This document shows, in pieces, positions 27,366-36,435 of a stretch of DNA of 55,206 nucleotides. Under the pieces are notes generated by a model that was not told the DNA's origin, made no database searches, and saw only the letters and a list, made by a program, of their open reading frames with translations. The stretch is from contig CAIMUM010000139.1 in NCBI GenBank assembly GCA_903844685.1, forward strand, positions 1 through 55,206, in the 5' to 3' direction. Both the position numbers and the translations under genes were made by a program. Position 1 is the first letter of the stretch; the number at the start of each line of letters is the position of its first letter. This DNA comes from an uncultured Dehalococcoidia bacterium. GTDB taxonomy: Bacteria; Chloroflexota; Dehalococcoidia; GIF9; UBA5629.

Positions 27366-28847
27366 ATGATCACATCGGGTGAGTACAAAAAAAGGCTGAG
27401 CAAGATGCGGCGCAACCTGTACAACAACGGCAAGCTGATCGACCGCGAGCACAAGCATATGCAGGGCGCGGTCAATATCATCGCTAAGACCTATGACATG
27501 ATAACCGACCCCGAGTTAAAACAATATGAGGACCTACTCACCGCTACCTCTCACCTGACGGGAGAGAAGATAAACCGCTTCAACCATATCCACCGCAGCA
27601 TGCAGGACCTGCTGGCCAAGCAGCGCATGACCAGGCTCGCCTCACACCAGGTGGGGGGCTGCATAGCCCGCTGCATGGGCATCGATTCCACCAACGCGCT
27701 CTCGGTCATCACCTACCTCACCGACCAAAAATACGGCACTGAATACCACAAGAGGTTCGAGAACTGGTTGAGGGATTTCCAGACCAATGACCGCACCTCC
27801 TGCTGCGCGCAGACCGATGTGAAAGGCAACCGGCCGTGGAGGCCGCATGAGCAGAAAGACCTCGATCTCTACGTGCGCGTGGTGGAAAAGAAGAGCGACG
27901 GCATAGTGGTACGCGGAGCCAAGGTGCATAACTCCTACGCGCCGGCTGTGGAGCAGATAAACGTTATCCCCACCCGGGCGCTCACCAAGGAGGAGGGCGA
28001 CTGGGCTGTAGCCTTCACCATCCCGTCGGATGCAGAAGGTGTAAAGCAGATAGTCAGCTTCGCCATGCCCGACTATCCCGATAACTACAGCGGGCCGGGT
28101 CCCTGGGGAGGCGCCGACTCCATGACCATCTTCGACGACGTCTTCGTCCCCTGGGAACGCGTCTTCCTCTGCGGCGAAACCGAGATGGGAGGCTACCTGG
28201 CCCTGCTCTTCGCCCTCTATCACAGGCACAGCTACACCGGCTGCAAGCCCGCCATGACCGACGTGCTGACCGGCGCCACGGCGCTGATGGCCGAGGTTAA
28301 CGGCATCGAGAAGGAGCACCATGTCAAAGAGAAGCTGGCCGAGCTCATCTGCACCTCTGAGCTTTGCTACGGAACGGGCATTGCCGCCGCCATCAACGGC
28401 TACCAATCGCCTTCCGGCACCTGGGTGCCGGACATCACCTACTGCAACGTCAGCCGCAGGCACGCCGGCCTGAATATCTACCACGAGTACGACATACTGG
28501 CCGATATCGCAGGCGGTATGCCGGCCACCTTACCACGCCCGGCAGACTGGGTAAACGAGGAGACCAGGCCTTTTATCGAGAAATATATGGTCCGCAACCC
28601 CAACATGGCTGTGCAGGACGTTCTCAAGGCCTTCGCCTGGGTGCAGGGCATCTCCTGCTCGGAGGCTTCGGGCGTCATGCAGTATGCGGGCGTACACGGC
28701 GGAGGCTCCCCCAGGATGGAGCAGATCGCCATCATGGGCGCCTACAACATGGAGAATACCAAGAACATCGCCAAGCGCCTGGCTGGCATCAAGACCGACA
28801 AGCCCTATACCTTCGACAGGCTCGGGACTACTCCTCCTCTAAAATAA
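27366..28847 (+). CDS. 4-hydroxybutyryl-CoA dehydratase (AbfD) / HpaB-family FAD-[4Fe-4S] enzyme
   Basis: INRFNHI, CIARCMG, QTDVKGNR, DGIVVRGAKVH, FDDVFVPWERVF, YHRHSYTGCK, HGGGSP. Confidence 0.88.
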   Translation: MITSGEYKKRLSKMRRNLYNNGKLIDREHKHMQGAVNIIAKTYDMITDPELKQYEDLLTATSHLTGEKINRFNHIHRSMQDLLAKQRMTRLASHQVGGCIARCMGIDSTNALSVITYLTDQKYGTEYHKRFENWLRDFQTNDRTSCCAQTDVKGNRPWRPHEQKDLDLYVRVVEKKSDGIVVRGAKVHNSYAPAVEQINVIPTRALTKEEGDWAVAFTIPSDAEGVKQIVSFAMPDYPDNYSGPGPWGGADSMTIFDDVFVPWERVFLCGETEMGGYLALLFALYHRHSYTGCKPAMTDVLTGATALMAEVNGIEKEHHVKEKLAELICTSELCYGTGIAAAINGYQSPSGTWVPDITYCNVSRRHAGLNIYHEYDILADIAGGMPATLPRPADWVNEETRPFIEKYMVRNPNMAVQDVLKAFAWVQGISCSEASGVMQYAGVHGGGSPRMEQIAIMGAYNMENTKNIAKRLAGIKTDKPYTFDRLGTTPPLK

Positions 28848-28880
28848 GTAGAACTACTTACTTTAGCGGTCAAAGATACA

Positions 28881-28917
28881 GGCAGCAAGCACAAATTGTG
28901 CCTGCTGCCGTTTTTTT
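28881..28917 (+). terminator. Rho-independent terminator after the dehydratase gene
   Basis: GGCAGCAAGCAC-AAATT-GTGCCTGCTGCC followed by T7. Confidence 0.8.
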
Positions 28918-29030
28918 ATCTGAAAACCTGTGTTGGCTTAGCGAAAAATTTAAACACCACATTTCCAAATATACGCATCATTGATTGACACTATATGATA
29001 TAATAGCTTCACAATTATAAGGAGGTGGCA

Positions 29031-30413
29031 ATGAAGTCCAAGGGCACGATTCTATCATTACTCGTTATACTTACACTCGTAGCTGTGGTGGTGGTTACCG
29101 GATGCGCTCCGGCAGCGCCATCAGGCCCTAACACCGGGCCGATCGTGATCGGCTATGTCGGCGCAGCGGCCGGTCCCGGCACCAAGCCCTGCATAGACGC
29201 CCAGGCTATGGCGGTTGAGGAGATCAACGCGGCGGGCGGTATACTGGGCAGGCCGGTAAAATTCGTCGTTGAGGACAGCAAGGGCGAGGCCTCGCTGACG
29301 GTGGCCGGCGTAACCAGGCTGGTCATGGGAAGCAAGGTAACTGCCTATTCTGTGGAAGGCCGTACCGAGATGACCCTGCCGGCCAAGCAGAAGACAATTG
29401 AGCTGTACAAGGATTTCCCGCATATCATGGTCGGCAATGGGGCCAGCGGCGTGGAGGTCACGGAATCCGTTGTCAAGAACTACGCGACGGAGAAGATGAT
29501 CTTCCGCCAGTTCAACCCCGAACCGGGTCACTTTGCCTGGGCCAGCCTCATCATGTCGATGTCCAACCCCAGCAGCCCCGTGGCTTTGAAGGGTTTCGCC
29601 CCTAAGAAGTGGGCCCTGCTGTATGAAAACCTAGCGTGGACGCTGCTCTTCAGGAACGGCTGGAATAACCCAGATGCACCAGCGTTGACCTCCTGGGACC
29701 AGATGGCCAAGGATGACTACGGCATCAACGTGGTCTACAGCAAACCGGTGTCCGCCAGGACCGGCATGTGGCTCCCGGTGCTCGATGAAATCTCCAAGAG
29801 CGGCGCCGATATAATCTTCATGGTGTCAAGTTGGTTTACCGATACCGAAGTGCTCACCAAGCAATGGGCCGATTCACCCGCCAAGGATATCGAGATGTAC
29901 CTTTACGGCGGCGTGGGTCAGACACACGATTTCTGGCAGATGACCGGCGGCAAGGCGCTGGGCGTGCTGTCCGCTTCCTACGAAACCCCCATCACCGACG
30001 TGAATATGGCGTTCGTGAAGAAAGCTAACGCCAGGGGCATACCCGTCCAGATGAGTGTTAACTGCGCCTATGACGATATCTACTTCCTCAAGGCTGCTAT
30101 CGAGAAGGCCGGCGGCACCGCCGATATGGACAAGCTGATCGCAGCATACGAAACAGTTCAGGTCCCCGGCACTCTCGGCCTGCAAAGGATTGAGATGACT
30201 AAGGTCCCCGGCTTCTTCCACTCCCGCGTAGCTGCGGACCCCGCCAAGCCCAAGACACTCATCCCGGGCGCCATGGGCATCGGCATGGCCCAGTTCCAAC
30301 AGAACGGCGAGATGGTACCCATGTACCCCGAGAAATATGCTCAGCTTGATAAATACCAGTCACCTGCAGCCCTGCGCGCTGCGGCAGCCGCAGCCCCACC
30401 GGCAGCTAAATAA
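29031..30413 (+). CDS. ABC transporter substrate-binding lipoprotein (LivJ/type I periplasmic-binding family)
   Basis: Lipobox VTGC; AVEEINAAGGILGRPVKFVVEDS; AYDDIYFLKAAIEKAG. SD AAGGAGG before ATG 29031; extended -10 TGATATAAT at 28996-29004. Confidence 0.92.
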   Translation: MKSKGTILSLLVILTLVAVVVVTGCAPAAPSGPNTGPIVIGYVGAAAGPGTKPCIDAQAMAVEEINAAGGILGRPVKFVVEDSKGEASLTVAGVTRLVMGSKVTAYSVEGRTEMTLPAKQKTIELYKDFPHIMVGNGASGVEVTESVVKNYATEKMIFRQFNPEPGHFAWASLIMSMSNPSSPVALKGFAPKKWALLYENLAWTLLFRNGWNNPDAPALTSWDQMAKDDYGINVVYSKPVSARTGMWLPVLDEISKSGADIIFMVSSWFTDTEVLTKQWADSPAKDIEMYLYGGVGQTHDFWQMTGGKALGVLSASYETPITDVNMAFVKKANARGIPVQMSVNCAYDDIYFLKAAIEKAGGTADMDKLIAAYETVQVPGTLGLQRIEMTKVPGFFHSRVAADPAKPKTLIPGAMGIGMAQFQQNGEMVPMYPEKYAQLDKYQSPAALRAAAAAAPPAAK

Positions 30414-30428
30414 TAAGGAGGTATTGAT

Positions 30429-31127
30429 TTGAGGAAGTTTTATTTACCTATTGCGATCCTGATGATAGCTGTCATGCTCGGCAGCATCGGCTGCGGCCCT
30501 TCCGCGCTAAAACCGTGCACCGTCGCGCTCGGCTATGTGTCCAACGAGTGGGCCGGCGAGGAAACCATCGCAGCCGACGTTTTACTCACCGTTAACAACC
30601 CCAACTCGGTCCCCGTTTCGCTCGACTCCCTGGACTACAACGTTTTTGCCAACAAAGCGAAGGTCGGCATGAAGACCCTGGCGCCTCGCCTGATCATCCC
30701 CGCCAACGGGTCTATCAGCCTCACCACTGTCAGCGTTATCGACTTCTCCGGTACCCTGGCTATCAACCCTAACTATCTTGGCCTGGGTAAGGACTATGTC
30801 ACGGCCCACGTTATGGCTGCCCCGCTGTGGAAGGCACTCGGTGGCAAAAAGCCCAACTTTTGGGCCTATCCGGCGCTGGGTATCCAGGCTATTGCCAATG
30901 GCGGACCCACCGTTGCTGATATCAAGGCCGGCACTGCCGATATGGCCGCTGCGGTTGGCGCTTATGCCAAGATCCGCGGCACCATCGATGCTGTCCAGGG
31001 CGCGATGGACAAGACCTGGACTGCTTCTCCTGACGGCCCCTGCCTCTACAACGTGACGGGCAAGGCAACTATTTCCTACGGTACGATGACCAAGGACACT
31101 TCTTTCGACCTCAATTACACGAAATAG
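30429..31127 (+). CDS. Lipoprotein with LEA_2/WHy-like domain
   Basis: Lipobox SIGC; LTVNNPNSVPVSLDSLDYNV...IPANGSISL; SD AAGGAGG before the TTG start. Confidence 0.7.
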   Translation: MRKFYLPIAILMIAVMLGSIGCGPSALKPCTVALGYVSNEWAGEETIAADVLLTVNNPNSVPVSLDSLDYNVFANKAKVGMKTLAPRLIIPANGSISLTTVSVIDFSGTLAINPNYLGLGKDYVTAHVMAAPLWKALGGKKPNFWAYPALGIQAIANGGPTVADIKAGTADMAAAVGAYAKIRGTIDAVQGAMDKTWTASPDGPCLYNVTGKATISYGTMTKDTSFDLNYTK

Positions 31128-31151
31128 TAGGCTACTTATTTGGGTCACTTT

Positions 31152-31184
31152 AAGTGCCTCCCGGGATCGCCCGGGAGGCACTTT
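31152..31184 (+). terminator. Long hairpin terminator after the lipoprotein gene
   Basis: AAGTGCCTCCCGGG-ATCG-CCCGGGAGGCACTT, a perfect 14-bp stem. Confidence 0.8.
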
Positions 31185-31221
31185 CGTTAGATCACGGGTT
31201 TTATGATCAAGAATAAGGGGG

Positions 31222-31251
31222 AAAAGAAAAAGGGCCTCAAAAGGCCCTTTT
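31222..31251 (-). terminator. Terminator (probably bidirectional) for the minus-strand liv/CoA-transferase operon
   Basis: AAAAGGGCCT-CAAA-AGGCCCTTTT flanked by A and T tracts. Confidence 0.8.
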
Positions 31252-31273
31252 ATTTATGGCAATATGAAACTCC

Positions 31274-32596
31274 CTACTCCAAGTATTTCTCGCGCACATA
31301 AGTATTATCCTGCCCTATGCCGCATTTTACCCATTTAACGCGCGGTGGAGATTCGGACATCTTGATAAAGTTTACCGGCATGGTAAACTTCCCCAGCATC
31401 TCATCATCGAATTCCTGAAATGAGCGCCGCTTGTTCCAGTGCGGGTTCTGCCTGGCTGTAGCCGGCTTCTGCACTTCCATAATGATCGGCACACCGCCAC
31501 CCCGCCACTTCGAACGGGCGGATTTGATGCTGTAATCAAGGGCTTTCTTGACCAGTTCGCCGGAGGTATATTTAGTGGTTTGCTCCTCGATAATTTTATA
31601 AAATGCCTCTATCTGCGTGAGGATGTCAGGTATGCGGTCAAAGGTAAAACGGAAGTCATCTTCGTGCTTCCACAGGTTGAGCACCTTGAGCAATGCCCTG
31701 AAATCGTGGTCCCTGCCAGCAGCTATGGCTACGATTCCGTCCTTGCTCTTCCAGAACCCGTAGGGGTAAATGGCAAAGTCATGTTTGCCGATCCTTGGCC
31801 GGGCCTTGTCCCAGGTGAAACCGATAGTGACCGGGTAGCCTACCAGTGAAACATATGAATCGGCGGTTGCTACATCCACCATCTGGCCCTCCCCTGTGGC
31901 CCTTGTGTAGTACCTCGCAATAGCTCCACCCAGGGCCGCTTCCACGCCGGATATGTACCAGCCCAACCAGACACCTGCCCTCAAAGGCCAGTTCCAAGGC
32001 TCCCCCTCTCCCGGCATATCGCCTATATTTGCAGGTAATCCGGAGGCCGCCTGTGCAGTAATATCAGAATCTGGGATACCGATGAATTCCTGGGCCTTCT
32101 TGCCGTATTGGCCGTAGGGGCTGATAGCAATATACACCAGTCCCGGGTTGATCTCGCTCAATTGCCGGTAGCCGATGCCCCAGAAGTCCATTTTACCCGG
32201 CTCATAAGTCTCGATGATTACATGGGCTTTTTTCGCCAGTTTCTTGAATTCTTCCCTTCCCGCCTCCTCCCTGAGATCCAGGGTCATATAGCGCTTGTTG
32301 CGCGCCTCCATGATGAAGGGGACTCCAACGCCATTACGGTTCACACCATAAGGTGTAATCTTGCGGGAGGGGTCACCCTCGGGGGGCTCGATCTTGATTA
32401 CCTCAGCGCCGAATTCAGCATATATGCTCGAACATATGTCTCCCGACAAATTGGCGTAACTTACATCGAGTATTACTGCATCATCCAGCACCTCGGCTTT
32501 ACCATCAGGGTTCATCATGCCCTTGAGGAATATCTCACGTTCTTTACCGCTGCCGCCGTATCTTACCAGGATTTGTTCTTTTTCTTTATCGCTCAT
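31274..32596 (-). CDS. Family III CoA-transferase (CaiB/BaiF), BbsE-like subunit
   Basis: FGAEVIKIEPPEGD, RNKRYMTLDL, INPGLVYIAISPYGQYG, SDITAQA, TGEGQMVDVA. Confidence 0.9.
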   Translation of the reverse strand: MSDKEKEQILVRYGGSGKEREIFLKGMMNPDGKAEVLDDAVILDVSYANLSGDICSSIYAEFGAEVIKIEPPEGDPSRKITPYGVNRNGVGVPFIMEARNKRYMTLDLREEAGREEFKKLAKKAHVIIETYEPGKMDFWGIGYRQLSEINPGLVYIAISPYGQYGKKAQEFIGIPDSDITAQAASGLPANIGDMPGEGEPWNWPLRAGVWLGWYISGVEAALGGAIARYYTRATGEGQMVDVATADSYVSLVGYPVTIGFTWDKARPRIGKHDFAIYPYGFWKSKDGIVAIAAGRDHDFRALLKVLNLWKHEDDFRFTFDRIPDILTQIEAFYKIIEEQTTKYTSGELVKKALDYSIKSARSKWRGGGVPIIMEVQKPATARQNPHWNKRRSFQEFDDEMLGKFTMPVNFIKMSESPPRVKWVKCGIGQDNTYVREKYLE

Positions 32597-32616
32597 ATAT
32601 CTGCCCTAATTTATTT

Positions 32617-33951
32617 TCACTTGTAATTGAACATGGGATCTTTGTCGATATCGTAATAAACAGGCGGTTTAATGCCTGGCCTGTCGTCCCAGTTACCAAT
32701 GACACGCTCCTTCTCCAGTTGCTTGATTTCCTCATCTGAATAGCCGAGTATCGTCTTAAGGATGTAACGGTTGTGATAGCCCAACGGCCTTGCCAGCCAC
32801 TTGATCCTGCCGGGCGTTTTGCTCAGCATCTGTGAAGGACCGGGTATCATCAGTTTGCCGTACATCTCATCGGTGAATACAATTACACTCCCCCTCTCCT
32901 GCCGCCATTCATCATGAGTTATCTCGTAATCGTCTTCTACCTGCGCTATAGCGAAATGATGTTTCTTGGCCAGTTCAACAAGGTTATCAACATTGCTGCT
33001 GCCGACCCACTTGGATGTGGCATCGATTAACTCCTGTGCATTTCCGGCCTTAAGCCTTTCGAATGTGTCCTTGTACTTGTTTACCAGGTCCGGCCGCCCC
33101 ATTGCCTCGCAAATACCCTTGTATTGCTCGTCGGTAGCGGCGGCAACCGCCACAAATTTTCCGTCGCAGGACTTAAATATGCCGGACGGCGCCATGGTGG
33201 GATCCGTATTGCCCACGCGGCCGAGGTCTTCATTGGTAATACTTTCATAAGTGAAGTTGGGGAGTATCCTCATTAAAGCTTCGCCTTGGGCCAGGTCGAT
33301 ATACTGCCCTTTACCTGTCTTATTGCGGTAATTCAACGCCATAATGACCGCCAGGGCGCCGATATTGCCGGGGAAGAAATCGCCCACATAGTCGGGAAGT
33401 TTGTAATACTTATCGGTTCCCGGATAACCGGTCAGTGCGATAGCGCCGCTGGCTGCCTGCGCCAGCAGGTCCCATCCCGGGAAAAAGCGCATCGGCCCGT
33501 ACTGGCCATAGGTCGCGCAGCTGAGGTAAATTATGCCCGGGTTCGCCTTGCTTAACTGGCTGTAGCCAATGCCCCAGGTATCGGTGGTGCCGGCAGCAAA
33601 ATTCTCGATGACTACGTCGGCTTTCTCTGCCATCTTCAAGATGATCTCTTTGGCCTTGGGAAGCTTGAGGTTAAGCGCAAAGAAATATTTTCCGTACTGC
33701 ACGAAGTGAAAGCATACACTGGAATGCCTCCAGAAATTGCCCCAGTATACGCCGAACCGCCAGAGATCGCCGACCCAGGGCAATTCGAATTTAATTACCT
33801 CTGCGCCGTACTGTCCCAGTATCTTGGCTGCTGTCGGGCCATAAACAACATGTGTAAAGTCGAGTACCCTGAGCCCCTTGAAAACCTCCGGTTTCTCCTT
33901 TGTTTTGGCGGGATCGAATATTTTTTTTGTATAGTCGAAATAATTTTCCAT
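32617..33951 (-). CDS. Family III CoA-transferase (CaiB/BaiF), BbsF-like subunit
   Basis: GLRVLDFTHVVYGP, GAEVIKFE, ADVVIENF, PGWDLLAQA (catalytic Asp), TGKGQYIDLA. Confidence 0.9.
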   Translation of the reverse strand: MENYFDYTKKIFDPAKTKEKPEVFKGLRVLDFTHVVYGPTAAKILGQYGAEVIKFELPWVGDLWRFGVYWGNFWRHSSVCFHFVQYGKYFFALNLKLPKAKEIILKMAEKADVVIENFAAGTTDTWGIGYSQLSKANPGIIYLSCATYGQYGPMRFFPGWDLLAQAASGAIALTGYPGTDKYYKLPDYVGDFFPGNIGALAVIMALNYRNKTGKGQYIDLAQGEALMRILPNFTYESITNEDLGRVGNTDPTMAPSGIFKSCDGKFVAVAAATDEQYKGICEAMGRPDLVNKYKDTFERLKAGNAQELIDATSKWVGSSNVDNLVELAKKHHFAIAQVEDDYEITHDEWRQERGSVIVFTDEMYGKLMIPGPSQMLSKTPGRIKWLARPLGYHNRYILKTILGYSDEEIKQLEKERVIGNWDDRPGIKPPVYYDIDKDPMFNYK

Positions 33952-33954
33952 ATT

Positions 33955-34659
33955 TTAAATCCCCAGGTAGGCTTTCTTGACCAGATCACTATTTAGCAAG
34001 TCCTCGCTCTTGCCTGTATGCACCACTCTCCCATTTTCCATGATGTAACCGCGGCTTGCGATGAGCAGGGCCTGCTGGGCATTCTGCTCGGACAAAATCG
34101 TGGTGATTTTCTCATCTTTTAATTTGCTCAGAGTTTCGTAAACCAGCTCGAGTATCTTGGGCGCCAGGCCGAGGGAAGGTTCATCAACCATGAGCAATTT
34201 GGGGTTAGACATAAGGCCGCGACCTATCACCATCATCTGCTGTTCACCGCCGCTGAGAGTGCCAGCTAACTGGTTTTTCCTCTCCAGCAGGATAGGAAAC
34301 ATGTTGTAAACCTTTTCCAACGTTTTCTTCCTCAGCGACCAGGCCGTTTGGCTGTACGACCCGACCAGCAGGTTATCCGTCACAGTCATATAGGGGAATA
34401 TCCTGCGCGCTTCAGGCACCTGGGCGATGCCCCGCTTAACTATCTCATGAGGAGGCAATTTCTCGATGTTCTTCCCCTCGAATAGGATGACGCCCTTGGT
34501 CGGCTTCAACATTCCCAGTATAGTATTGATCAAGGTGGATTTGCCCGCTCCGTTGGAACCCAGCAATGCCACCATTTCATCAGCATTGATTGTCATGTTC
34601 ACGCCATGAAGCACGGGTGTGATGCCGTAGGAAACATATATATCTTTTACGTCAAGCAT
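33955..34659 (-). CDS. livF: Branched-chain amino acid-type ABC ATP-binding protein (LivF-like)
   Basis: GSNGAGKST, QVPEARRIF, LSGGEQQM, VDEPSLGLAP, EQNA. Confidence 0.93.
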   Translation of the reverse strand: MLDVKDIYVSYGITPVLHGVNMTINADEMVALLGSNGAGKSTLINTILGMLKPTKGVILFEGKNIEKLPPHEIVKRGIAQVPEARRIFPYMTVTDNLLVGSYSQTAWSLRKKTLEKVYNMFPILLERKNQLAGTLSGGEQQMMVIGRGLMSNPKLLMVDEPSLGLAPKILELVYETLSKLKDEKITTILSEQNAQQALLIASRGYIMENGRVVHTGKSEDLLNSDLVKKAYLGI

Positions 34660-35389
34660 GGCACGATCCTAAGTAGCATTCTATTACATACGGGTCATTG
34701 GCGATGTCCTGCGGCGGACCCTCGGCGATCTTCTTGCCATAATGCAGCACAACCACCCTTTGCGCTGCCTTCATCAGAGCCGCCATGACATGTTCGATCC
34801 ATAATATGGTAACACCGAATTCTTCTTTGGCGCGTTCAAGCAGCCTGACCGCCTTCATGGCTTCTCCGGGGTTCAGGCCGGCCATAACCTCATCTACAAA
34901 GATCACTTTGGGCGTGGTTGCCAGTGCCCTGGCCAGCTCAAGCCCTCTCAGCTCATAAAGTGTCAGGTCCTTGCCCAGGACATTGCGTTTGCTGAACAGG
35001 CCACAGAACTCAAGGTAATGGGTGGCTTCGGTGGCAGCATCCTCCAGGCCCTGGTTTACCCTGTCCTTGCCATACAGCGCGCTGACAGCAACGCTCATCA
35101 GCGCGGTCAATTCTGGGAACGGCCTGGGTATCTGGTAGGTGCGGCTGATGCCGAGTTTGCACCTCTTGTAAGGAGCCATCTTTGTTATATCATGGCCCAT
35201 GAATTGTATGTCGCCGCTATCGGCTATGTATTTGCCGGTTATCAGGTTTACCAGGGTCGTTTTACCGGCGCCGTTAGGCCCCATCAGTCCCAGGGTCTCG
35301 CCGGCATTTATTGTGAAGCTGACGTCATTGACGGCCATCAGGCCGCCGAAATGTTTGGAAACACCATTTACTCTTAATATCTCAGGCAC
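34652..35389 (-). CDS. livG: Branched-chain amino acid-type ABC ATP-binding protein (LivG-like)
   Basis: FGGLMAVNDV, GPNGAGKTT, ELARAL, DEVMAGLN, IEH, VIECYLG. Confidence 0.93.
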   Translation of the reverse strand: MPEILRVNGVSKHFGGLMAVNDVSFTINAGETLGLMGPNGAGKTTLVNLITGKYIADSGDIQFMGHDITKMAPYKRCKLGISRTYQIPRPFPELTALMSVAVSALYGKDRVNQGLEDAATEATHYLEFCGLFSKRNVLGKDLTLYELRGLELARALATTPKVIFVDEVMAGLNPGEAMKAVRLLERAKEEFGVTILWIEHVMAALMKAAQRVVVLHYGKKIAEGPPQDIANDPYVIECYLGSCHA

Positions 35390-35393
35390 GTTA

Positions 35394-36431
35394 CTATCTC
35401 CTCACATGCAGCGTGGGCAGGTACTCCCTGTAGCGGCGCTTCCTGTACAGGCCGAACAGGCCTTCGGGGAGCGAAAGCAGAAGTACCAGCAATATGACCG
35501 GGAACAAAACCGTCGCCATGTCGCCGACTACGGAAATCAGGAAAAGCTCCAGGAAGGCAATAAAATATCCGCCGACCACGTTGCCATAAATCTGCACGCG
35601 TCCGCCGATCATGCTCACCATCAACACCTTCAACATGAACGTCAGCGGCAGGTAACTGATGCCGGAGAAAGTAGTGTAGTAGTGGGCATAAAACCAGCCT
35701 ATCACCGCGATCATCATGGCAGGTATGGCGAAGCTTATGACCTTGATCTTCTTTACATTTACGCCCATGGCCTCTGCCACTTCTTCGTCATCGTTGATGG
35801 CTGCCAGGGACGCCGAGAACTTGGAGCGCATGATTTTGTCCACGATAAACATGTACAACAGCATAATGAACAGGGAGAGCAGGCAAATCATCAACTGGTT
35901 GGTAGTATATGATCCCCCACTTAAAAACGGTGAAATACCGGAAAGGCCGGTATCACCCTTGAATATATCCGTATAGATAAAAGTAATCTCAAGGAAAACC
36001 AGCGGGAAGAGCAGCGTCAGCAGTGTGTAATAGAGGCCGCCGGCTATAATGCTTAACGGGCTCATCAGCAACCCGAACATCAACCCGACCACCAGAGTCA
36101 CGAGAAGAGTTACTGCGGGTGGCCAACCGAGGTGGATACTGCAGAGCGCCGCCGCATATCCCCCGGCGCCTATATAGAATTGCGGACCGAAGTTCATACG
36201 GCCGGTGCCGACCGTCATCCATCCCAGCGGTATAGCGATAGCAGCCAGCAGGTTGGCATCGACTAAAGTAGGCAGTGTCTGCGGGCTGAAGAAGTAAACC
36301 AGGACGGTAGCCAGCAGCAGAATACCAATATAGATAAACGGGTTGCGCCAGTAGCGGGGCTCAATGTGCCATTCGAATTTTTGCGTCCCGGCACGCAGTA
36401 CAATTTTTTCGCGTTTAATCTCTAATTCCAT
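35394..36431 (-). CDS. livM: Branched-chain amino acid-type ABC permease (LivM-like)
   Basis: Multi-TM; GLYYTLLTL, AAINDDEEVAEAMGVN, LPEGLFG. Confidence 0.9.
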   Translation of the reverse strand: MELEIKREKIVLRAGTQKFEWHIEPRYWRNPFIYIGILLLATVLVYFFSPQTLPTLVDANLLAAIAIPLGWMTVGTGRMNFGPQFYIGAGGYAAALCSIHLGWPPAVTLLVTLVVGLMFGLLMSPLSIIAGGLYYTLLTLLFPLVFLEITFIYTDIFKGDTGLSGISPFLSGGSYTTNQLMICLLSLFIMLLYMFIVDKIMRSKFSASLAAINDDEEVAEAMGVNVKKIKVISFAIPAMMIAVIGWFYAHYYTTFSGISYLPLTFMLKVLMVSMIGGRVQIYGNVVGGYFIAFLELFLISVVGDMATVLFPVILLVLLLSLPEGLFGLYRKRRYREYLPTLHVRR

Positions 36432-36435
36432 TTAA

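Noticed and set aside
27642-28484. 280-aa antisense ORF within the dehydratase
   Set aside because: Antisense shadow with no start signals or recognisable domain.
27366-28847. 4-hydroxyphenylacetate 3-monooxygenase (HpaB) call
   Set aside because: The Fe-S ligand motifs CxxRC and HxxxYxxC are present, which HpaB lacks, and there is no flavin reductase partner.
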